IMG/VR virus record: IMGVR_UViG_3300032253_000002
Span: 1 to 46,149 of that record
Direction: 5' to 3' (one strand)
DNA from: a virus
Taxonomy: Duplodnaviria; Caudoviricetes
DNA: 46,149 nucleotides
The notes beneath the pieces were generated by a model. The model was not told the DNA's origin. It worked only from the letters and a program-made list of their open reading frames with translations, and ran no database searches. This document shows, in pieces, positions 10,297 to 17,508 of this stretch (position 1 is its first letter; every line of letters begins with the position of its first letter). Made by a program: the position numbers and the translations under genes.

Positions 10297-10716
10297 TTAC
10301 CATCTTCCTGTATTGAATAAATACTGGCTAAATTTTATCGATTTTAATTTACAGTTTTTAGTTACACTCATTAATTCCATAGCACTAACTGCAGCACGTT
10401 GGTCATGAGGCACTTGTACGAATGCAATCTGTTTACCTTTGCACAGTTTCAACATAGCTTTATGAGCTTGTGATTCTACACGTGGTAACAAACAATCAAT
10501 GATTATAACTTTAATATTTTTATGGTGGTTACCTTCTACAACTTTTTTAACATTATGAATACTGATTGCATTGTTGTCTTCATAGCACTGTTTAATCATC
10601 ATCTTCGGCGCAATAACAAGTGAGTCAGATGTAATTAAGTTAGGTAAAATATGAGTTCTAAACCCATCACCTGTCATAAATTCAAATATAGTATTCCGAT
10701 GTGTGCTTATTTTCAT
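10297..10716 (-). CDS. Degenerate SF2-helicase-like single RecA domain
   Basis: Likely start 10716 (GAGGTGA RBS). MTGDGFRT / LVIAPK / VIIIDC resemble eroded Walker A / motif Ia / Walker B. Confidence 0.5.
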   Translation of the reverse strand: MKISTHRNTIFEFMTGDGFRTHILPNLITSDSLVIAPKMMIKQCYEDNNAISIHNVKKVVEGNHHKNIKVIIIDCLLPRVESQAHKAMLKLCKGKQIAFVQVPHDQRAAVSAMELMSVTKNCKLKSIKFSQYLFNTGRW

Positions 10717-10747
10717 GCGTGTCACCTCTTCAATTAATCTGTGTAAC

Positions 10748-10776
10748 AATGTAGCACACTACATTGAACCCTGCAA
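10748..10776 (-). promoter_or_regulatory. Sigma70-type promoter
   Basis: TTGCAG-N17-TACATT with TGn extension; overlaps palindrome CAATGTAG-CACA-CTACATTG. Confidence 0.7.
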
Positions 10777-11403
10777 CAGTGGCTTCACAAGTTTCTCAGT
10801 TTCTTTTATGTACCATTCGTGGTTCAAATCTTTAAACGCATACTGTTCATGCTCACGATTCCATTCAGGGTTGTCAAAGTAATCATCAGGCGGATAGCCG
10901 ACAATAGATTCAGGTAACCGATTACACACAGTAACATTCCAACCGGTGTTAATCCCGATGCGACGTTCTTCATACGTTGATTTATTCTTGGTGTGAATAC
11001 GTGCATCCCATACACCAGGACCCACTTCAGCTATGATTTCATTAAAGAAGTCATCGGTTAAACTGTTCGCACGTTTGTATTCACCTGGTTGACCTTTCGC
11101 TGGCATCACTTTTTCAAGCGGTTTACCATCGGTGCTGATGTAGTATCTGACAATGTTACTGACTTGCTGGCCACCCCATTCGAGTGTGCTATTTCTTGGT
11201 ACTTTAGTGCGTAGAAAAAAATCAAACACATCGGTATGACCAGTAATAAACTCCCGAATATCAGCACCATGAACCAACGCAGCTTCTGCTGCCAATGCGA
11301 CAACACGTGCTGACCAGTCTTTATGATAGGGCAGTTCACGTGTTCCTGAGTTTTCTTCAGCTGTAACATGGGCGTAGGCTCCTATACGTTTTAATTTTCC
11401 CAT
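10759..11403 (-). CDS. DNA polymerase (family B-like), C-terminal fragment
   Basis: Begins MGKLKRIGAY, continuing the post-palm NNY...K.KG pattern. Own GGAG RBS; same frame as the N-terminal fragment. Confidence 0.8.
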   Translation of the reverse strand: MGKLKRIGAYAHVTAEENSGTRELPYHKDWSARVVALAAEAALVHGADIREFITGHTDVFDFFLRTKVPRNSTLEWGGQQVSNIVRYYISTDGKPLEKVMPAKGQPGEYKRANSLTDDFFNEIIAEVGPGVWDARIHTKNKSTYEERRIGINTGWNVTVCNRLPESIVGYPPDDYFDNPEWNREHEQYAFKDLNHEWYIKETEKLVKPLLQGSM

Positions 11404-11912
11404 ACTGGACGTTCTCCATGATTAGGGTGAAACTTATGATTCTTCAATGCTGTTTTTCTAGCATTAACAGCGTCTTCAATATTTTCAAAATTACCGAGGT
11501 TATGTCTTTTATTATTAACATTAATATATGCGTGATATTTACCGGTATCATTTCTTTTAGATACACCTTGATATCCTGTTGAATTATCTTTCCTTAATCC
11601 TACATTGTGTAAATTTTCAATGCGTGTAACCTCTCGTAAATTACACCATCGGTTATCAGTTCTGTTACCGTTAATATGATCTACATCATATTCAGGAAAT
11701 TCACCTGTCATGTAAAGAAATATTAATCGATGTGTTTGAGTTGGCTTCCTAAAAATATTTATAGTTAAATACCCGTGACTTGTTGATTTTGGTTCAAATG
11801 GTTTACATTTAATAATATTACCTTTCCAACTTAACTTCGCAATTCTTCTAAATACACCGGTAACAGGATCATATGTGAAAAATAATTTAACATTGTCTTT
11901 ATTAATCTTCAT
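11391..11912 (-). mobile_element. HNH homing endonuclease with AP2 domain, inserted in DNA polymerase gene
   Basis: YDPVTG...HRLIFLYMTGEFP..DVDHINGNRTDNRWCNLR (HNH) and NSTGYQGV...LGNF...AVNAR (AP2). Confidence 0.9.
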
Positions 11913-13353
11913 CCATATACTCCGCTATATAATTGTTACAGTCTCTTACCCACATAGTTTTATACAACGCTTCTTCAAGTTCAAGGTTCGTCAGACTCTC
12001 CCACCAGCTGCACACCAGCCGAGTATGTTCAAGGTACTCATGTGGACAAAGGTAAGTGATACCGTCTGTGTTGGCTTGTATCATGCGTAAGCCTGGCACC
12101 TTCAGCAGTTGTTCAACCAACATGCATAGTAGCAACTGACCGTTGATAGTAATTGACATGGTGTAGAATGAATCGAGGAATGGTGAGTAGTCATTGTTGC
12201 TACCACCGTATGCACCGTTCAATGCAAGTTTAAATGCTTCGTTTTCTGGTGTACCTTTCGCATACGTTTTACGTGTGTGATACACCGATTCATAAGCATC
12301 ACAAAACTCAACACCTAAATGTGCAGGGAATAATTTATTTTTGATACCCAGGTTCGGATAGAATGAAGCCACATCAACATCGACTAATTGATATACATCA
12401 TCTGTGTGTACAACTTGTGATTCAACAGACGCATGTAATCCACCGGTGCCGAAATTATAATCAAGCCCATCAATGGTTGCAGTTAAATCTTTGAACACAC
12501 CTTTTGTTTCAGTGATGATTTTACCTTGTAAGTAAGTCATAATATTCTGAAATTCTACTCTTTCAAACTTCACATAATTGAAGATGACTTGACTTAGATC
12601 AATTGATTCACGTTTGGTTTGTCGTTTGACTTTACGGTTACCTTCATACCCATAACAAACGACACCGTGTTTCTCCATTTCAGTGACCAGTATCACTTCA
12701 CCGATTTTAACGTCACTCATGTTCATCATGTTCTTACCGAACTTATCAGATAACCCTTCACGCATTTTAATTTGCGGTTGTGTCCTGTCACAGAACATGT
12801 CAGTTGCATCAATGTCATGCCACATGTAACTGATAAGAATATCAATCTGTTCATTGGTGAGTACGGTACCAACAGGGAACGGTAAGTCTTCAATACTACC
12901 CATTCGCATGTTGAATTCTAATACTTTAAGACTGGTTGCTTTGGACATGTTATCGAAGTGATGAATTTTATACAGGTCAATCTGATTCACTTTCCAGTCA
13001 GACTCCCACACCATGTGTGCAAATTTAGCAGGACCATATGCATTAATAATGTTCATTGCTTTGTTATAAATGTCTTCAACCGTGATGCATGAATACCGAT
13101 TCTGGTAAATGAAATGCAGCACAGGATAATCGAAACCGACATTGTTGTAACCGACAGCACGACAACCTTGTTCACGCATGACATCAATGAAGTAACATAA
13201 TGACTGTGTATCATTACACCGGTCACTTATTTCAAACTGCCACTTGCGGCGTGTTGTTCTGTGTAAGAACCCCACAGTGAACGCATTGGGGAAAGTTTCT
13301 TCATCGTAAACAATGTCACCTGGTGTTAAGCCGTAGTAGAAGTCAGGGTTCAT
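11902..13353 (-). CDS. DNA polymerase (family B-like), N-terminal exonuclease+palm fragment
   Basis: Exo motifs YDEET, GYNNVGFD, Y..HD; pol motifs DVASFYP, KLALNGAYG, ANTDG. Confidence 0.9.
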   Translation of the reverse strand: MNPDFYYGLTPGDIVYDEETFPNAFTVGFLHRTTRRKWQFEISDRCNDTQSLCYFIDVMREQGCRAVGYNNVGFDYPVLHFIYQNRYSCITVEDIYNKAMNIINAYGPAKFAHMVWESDWKVNQIDLYKIHHFDNMSKATSLKVLEFNMRMGSIEDLPFPVGTVLTNEQIDILISYMWHDIDATDMFCDRTQPQIKMREGLSDKFGKNMMNMSDVKIGEVILVTEMEKHGVVCYGYEGNRKVKRQTKRESIDLSQVIFNYVKFERVEFQNIMTYLQGKIITETKGVFKDLTATIDGLDYNFGTGGLHASVESQVVHTDDVYQLVDVDVASFYPNLGIKNKLFPAHLGVEFCDAYESVYHTRKTYAKGTPENEAFKLALNGAYGGSNNDYSPFLDSFYTMSITINGQLLLCMLVEQLLKVPGLRMIQANTDGITYLCPHEYLEHTRLVCSWWESLTNLELEEALYKTMWVRDCNNYIAEYMDED

Positions 13354-13548
13354 TTAGAAGTCTACCCTTTCGCTTTTAGTTCCCCACTTTACAAAATCAC
13401 CATCCTCTTTTAATAGTGAACCTGTGCGATTTTCATTGCTAATTATTTCTGTAACTTCTTGTAACATGCCTGGAACTACATCTAGACTCAATACTTCAAT
13501 TTGAATTGTTACTGTAAATTTATTCGCTTGCATTAATAATTCTCCCAC
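13354..13548 (-). CDS. Hypothetical protein
   Basis: 64-aa ORF tightly packed in the operon. Confidence 0.6.
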   Translation of the reverse strand: MGELLMQANKFTVTIQIEVLSLDVVPGMLQEVTEIISNENRTGSLLKEDGDFVKWGTKSERVDF

Positions 13549-13739
13549 ATAACACTGATGATTTCTTTTTGTCTGTCTGACAACTCATAACCACCGGTGT
13601 AAGTGTCACGTTTATGTTTTATTTGGTGGATGAAAGTGCGCTCCCAACCGGTTAGTTTAGATTGCATTTCAACAAGTCTGTTTATAACGTAAGTTAAACT
13701 TTCTTCATCGTCTTTGTATGAGTAAATCATAAGTGTCAC
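13533..13739 (-). CDS. Hypothetical protein
   Basis: 68-aa ORF. AAGGTGA RBS suggests a start a few codons downstream (13731). Confidence 0.6.
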   Translation of the reverse strand: MTLMIYSYKDDEESLTYVINRLVEMQSKLTGWERTFIHQIKHKRDTYTGGYELSDRQKEIISVMWENY

Positions 13740-13753
13740 CTTTGTTGTTGTTA

Positions 13754-13835
13754 GTCTTTTAAATGCTGACTCCCGTTGCTTAGTTGAAGTTCAGAGCGTC
13801 GTTCGGTCATAATCCAGAGTCAGCATTTAAAAGAC
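13754..13835. repeat. Perfect 19-bp inverted repeat with 44-nt loop
   Basis: GTCTTTTAAATGCTGACTC (13754-72) / GAGTCAGCATTTAAAAGAC (13817-35). Confidence 0.9.
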
Positions 13836-13856
13836 CCCTTCAAAAGATAGAAGGGG
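13835..13856 (-). terminator. Hairpin downstream of SSB gene (terminator-like)
   Basis: CCCCTTC-N8-GAAGGGG followed on the minus strand by TCTTTT. Confidence 0.55.
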
Positions 13857-13862
13857 AAATTG

Positions 13863-14576
13863 TTAAGCAAACGATGGTCTGATTGCCATACCTTGTGCAA
13901 CCAACGTGTCATCTGTCCAACCTGCAGCAATCATACTTTCGTATGTAGCACCACCGGCTGCAGTTGTCATCTGTAATGTCGCTACAGATGGTGTAGGTGG
14001 TGCCGTTGGTGGTGCAGCTGGCGTTGGTACTGGTGGTGCCATTGGTGCAGTTGGCGTTGGTACTGGTGGTGCCACTGATGCAAACATCTGTTCAACAGAC
14101 GGTTTATTATCTAAACGACCCATTGGAGGTGCTTCATCAGTAATCATTACACCGTTTAACCAGCCACCGATACCGCCGCGACCTTTAACATAACCACTGA
14201 TGTTAGCATTAACATAAGCCACCATACCTGAGTAAACAGAACCAGGGTCAATGATTTTATTATAGTTAACATCGACTACTTCAGGTCGGTCTTCAGCTTT
14301 AGCACTGCAACTGAACACATACCAACCTGAGAAACGCGGGTCATAATAATCTTTACCGGCGTACTTAACATCATACGCACCGAAACATTCATCAGAACCT
14401 GTGTAACCAGAAGGGAATGTGTTCTGTTTAGCTTGGTCAACTTCAGCTTGCAACTGTGCAACAATGGGATCAGTTGGTTGAATTAATACTACTGCACTGA
14501 ATTTAGGCTCCGTTGCACCTTGTGCAAGTTTCGGTGTGAACAGTGCAGGGAACGATAAAATACCTTTAATTAACAT
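13863..14576 (-). CDS. ssDNA-binding protein (DUF2815-like)
   Basis: LSFPALF.P...KFS...VYSG...GIGGWLNGV OB-fold pattern, Pro/Ala linker, position next to DUF2800. Confidence 0.8.
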   Translation of the reverse strand: MLIKGILSFPALFTPKLAQGATEPKFSAVVLIQPTDPIVAQLQAEVDQAKQNTFPSGYTGSDECFGAYDVKYAGKDYYDPRFSGWYVFSCSAKAEDRPEVVDVNYNKIIDPGSVYSGMVAYVNANISGYVKGRGGIGGWLNGVMITDEAPPMGRLDNKPSVEQMFASVAPPVPTPTAPMAPPVPTPAAPPTAPPTPSVATLQMTTAAGGATYESMIAAGWTDDTLVAQGMAIRPSFA

Positions 14577-14592
14577 TTTTTGTCACCTCTTA

Positions 14593-15972
14593 TTAGAAAA
14601 ATGAAACTTCAGCAGGTTCAACTACTTCAGTCTGTTTTGGAACATCGATAAACATCATCTCAACGGATGATACATCATTTGTAGCACATTGTGCAACATC
14701 TTTATGTGCAACTTTTTTCAAAGTTAATTTACCAGCAGTGTACGTAATTAAATCTTTTTCAATACGCACTTTTTGTTCATCAGTGAGTTTATCCAACTTC
14801 ATCACTTGAGACGGTGAAATGAGTTTTTTCGGATAGATGTCATCAAGTTTAAGTCTGCGACTTTTTAACTTCTTAGCAATCACCGCTTCTTCAGCATTCC
14901 ATACATTCTTACCGTTACCTGGTAGTTTTGCATAACCTGGTACCGTGATACCTTGACTGATACGTGTGTCAATCTCGGCTTTCACTTTATCAAATACTGC
15001 TTGGATACCTTCTTCAGCATCAGCAAGTTCTGATAATTGTTCTTCAGTTAATGATTTTGGATCAGCCATAACTTGACCGATATATTCAAACAGATTTTTA
15101 TCACCTGTCATTATTTGTGTGTTACTCATAGTCTCCACCACTTGTAAGGATTGATTTGATTTAGCAGTACAATGACCACCGCGTTTAGGGTTTGCATTAC
15201 ACCATTGACAATGGTCACCCGATACTAAAGGTGCATCAGGTGCGTCAGTTGCATGTGCTGCCCATGCTAATTTTTCAGCAGCTTCAATAACCGTAGCTGA
15301 ACTGACATCATCTTCTTGTCGTGTTGAACACTGGTACCGTACAACTGGGTTTGTTTTCGGTTGAATAATTGTCATACGACAACCAGGCACCTTTGCAGGA
15401 TCAAATGGTCGAACTAAATCAGGACCACTAGCAACATGGTTCCGCATCTTACCGAATAAATAACTGATATTTTGTGAATTGTTCTTTTCAGAAACATAAC
15501 CACGACCATCTTTATAATCAGCTACTTCAATAAAAAATACTTCACCGGTCATTGCATCACGTGCTGTGATGGTGATGTCACATGTACCCCACCAGTCAGT
15601 ACGACCGAATGCACCACCAGGGTTTGATTTAGATTCAGATTCAACCAACACATTGCAACCAGGGAACCTGTCTTTAAGTTCATTGACGCGACGTGTCATG
15701 TAATCTAATGCCATTTGCACACGTTCAATACGGTCCGGTGCAACTAACCAACCGTTGATACTATCAGGATGATTAGCGCCGATGATTTGCTGGTCATAAG
15801 CAATTGCAGGCACGTTATTCTGCAAACACATTTCAAGTAACAAATGCGACCCTGTACCATCGATAGCAGCAGCACCTGCAATATCAGGGTACCGTTCTTC
15901 TTCACGAACGGAACCAGGGCAATGCGGCCACCGTTTGTTACTGGGTCCTAATCGTGCATGTCCTTCACTCAT
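14593..15972 (-). CDS. DUF2800 Cas4-like PD-(D/E)xK exonuclease
   Basis: HARLGPS..RW..CPGS, GT..H, GTCD, DYKDG, HCQWC...C. Confidence 0.85.
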   Translation of the reverse strand: MSEGHARLGPSNKRWPHCPGSVREEERYPDIAGAAAIDGTGSHLLLEMCLQNNVPAIAYDQQIIGANHPDSINGWLVAPDRIERVQMALDYMTRRVNELKDRFPGCNVLVESESKSNPGGAFGRTDWWGTCDITITARDAMTGEVFFIEVADYKDGRGYVSEKNNSQNISYLFGKMRNHVASGPDLVRPFDPAKVPGCRMTIIQPKTNPVVRYQCSTRQEDDVSSATVIEAAEKLAWAAHATDAPDAPLVSGDHCQWCNANPKRGGHCTAKSNQSLQVVETMSNTQIMTGDKNLFEYIGQVMADPKSLTEEQLSELADAEEGIQAVFDKVKAEIDTRISQGITVPGYAKLPGNGKNVWNAEEAVIAKKLKSRRLKLDDIYPKKLISPSQVMKLDKLTDEQKVRIEKDLITYTAGKLTLKKVAHKDVAQCATNDVSSVEMMFIDVPKQTEVVEPAEVSFF

Positions 15973-16322
15973 GCTGGGATTGCCTTAACAGCAGCAATCA
16001 ATTCAGCTTGTTTTTCATTCGGTAAATCACCGACAGAAACAACACCGAGTGCAGCCATTGCATCATCAATAGGTTTACGATCACCGATGCGTTTAAACTC
16101 AGCAACAAGTGTCGCGTTTAATTCTTCAGGTGATAGTAATACTGCTGCTACTGGTGCTGCAGGAATAGGTGCTGCTACTGGCGCAGGTGGTACAGATGCT
16201 AATGCAGGTTGTGCTACAGGTTTAGGTTTAGCAGTTTTAGGTGCTGCTGTTGCTCCGTCCATCTGTGCTGCAATAATTTCCAATGCATCAGCAATACGTT
16301 TTAAATCTTTTTCAATTGGCAT
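15969..16322 (-). CDS. Pro/Ala-linker protein typical upstream of DUF2800
   Basis: IEKDLKRIADALE N-terminal helix, PAA linker, LGV.SVGDLP C-terminal domain. Confidence 0.75.
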   Translation of the reverse strand: MPIEKDLKRIADALEIIAAQMDGATAAPKTAKPKPVAQPALASVPPAPVAAPIPAAPVAAVLLSPEELNATLVAEFKRIGDRKPIDDAMAALGVVSVGDLPNEKQAELIAAVKAIPA

Positions 16323-16353
16323 TTTATAATTCCCCGTTGTTTTAAATTAAAAG

Positions 16354-16554
16354 TTAAACTTTGTAGAGTTCACCTTGTTGTTGGTCTTCAGTCGGTATGA
16401 TACGTAAACGACCATCATTGAACGCTGTTACAGCTTCACGAAACAACTGTGAAGGTGTTTTACCTTGAGTACGTTTTAATTTGGTTGTAAAAATATCCAG
16501 TTCTTTCTGGTTAATTCGCATATGCACATTACCATCAAGTATTAAATCATCCAT
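16354..16554 (-). CDS. Putative ribbon-helix-helix transcriptional regulator
   Basis: NVHMRI strand followed by two helices (...TPSQLFREAV); first gene after a divergent promoter. Confidence 0.6.
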   Translation of the reverse strand: MDDLILDGNVHMRINQKELDIFTTKLKRTQGKTPSQLFREAVTAFNDGRLRIIPTEDQQQGELYKV

Positions 16555-16594
16555 ATTTAGTTACCTCAGTTAAATAAAATAATATGTAAACTGA

Positions 16595-16668
16595 ATGATA
16601 GTAGAACAATGTATCATTTGTCAACACAATATTTGACATTGTGTTACAGTTACATTAATGTGTATACT
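16595..16668. promoter_or_regulatory. Back-to-back divergent sigma70 promoters
   Basis: Leftward TTGACA(16624-19)-N18-TATCAT; rightward TTGACA(16633-38)-N17-TAATGT, plus TGTATACT. Confidence 0.75.
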
Positions 16669-16719
16669 GACAGAAACATCGTGATAGTTTACTATTAACA
16701 ATTCAACTGAGGTGACATT

Positions 16720-16977
16720 ATGATTGATGATGAGATTGAAAAACTTAAAAATGACCCATTATACTTTTATAAAACATTTTTTGAATTTACACCGCGCCAT
16801 GCAGGTAAATCAAATTTCTATAATCTATTTATGGAACCAGAAAAAAGAATAGGTCTTGAATACCCTGTATATGTAGGTGTTGACTGGGCTAAAGACTCAG
16901 GAATGAATCGGGGTGATGTCATATCACGACACGATAATGTGATTGAAGTCCGATTTAAAACAGTAACAATTAACTAG
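16720..16977 (+). CDS. Small protein carrying large-terminase signature motifs (candidate TerL mimic)
   Basis: GAGGTGA RBS. KNDPLYF, PRHAGKS and VYVGVDWAK within 85 aa. Confidence 0.6.
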   Translation: MIDDEIEKLKNDPLYFYKTFFEFTPRHAGKSNFYNLFMEPEKRIGLEYPVYVGVDWAKDSGMNRGDVISRHDNVIEVRFKTVTIN

Positions 16978-16989
16978 AGAATATTCTAC

Positions 16990-17508
16990 ATGGTGACGCA
17001 AAAAGAACTCAAGCAATTAATACACTATAATCCTGACACTGGTTTGTTTACTTGGTTAGTAGATTGCGGCCCTGGTCGCCCAAATCAAGGTGATATAGCA
17101 GGACGTACACAGATTAAATCATGTGGAAAATCTTATCACGACGTATGTATAAATAAAAAACGATACTATGCTCACCGTTTAGCATGGTTGTATATGACAG
17201 GTGAATGGCCCGTTGATAAAGTCGATCACGACGACGGTAATGGTGTGAATAATAAATGGTCAAATTTAAACGCAGCGACAAATATACAGAATGGTCAAAA
17301 TGTCAGAAAAAGAATTGACAATCGTTCAGGTTGTACAGGTGTACATCTACATCAAAGTTCAGGTAAGTGGCAGGTTTATATAAATGAAAACAAGATCCGT
17401 TACCATTTAGGTTTATTTTCAGATTTCTTTGAAGCAGTGTGCATACGTAAATCTGCTGAGCGTAAGCATAATTTTAATGTGAATCATGGACAGGTGCGTC
17501 CATTATGA
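16990..17508 (+). mobile_element. Free-standing HNH endonuclease with AP2 domain
   Basis: YNPDTG...AHRLAWLYMTGEWP...VDHDDGNGVNNKWSNL, then NRSGCTGV...LGLF. Confidence 0.9.

Noticed and set aside
11401-11910. Group I intron in the polymerase
   Set aside because: U/G junctions fit, but the insert is fully coding and I found no R/S (P7) core; kept only as an alternative.
14593-15972. CRISPR-associated Cas4
   Set aside because: The Cas4-like DUF2800 nuclease is a standard member of this replication cassette; there is no CRISPR context.
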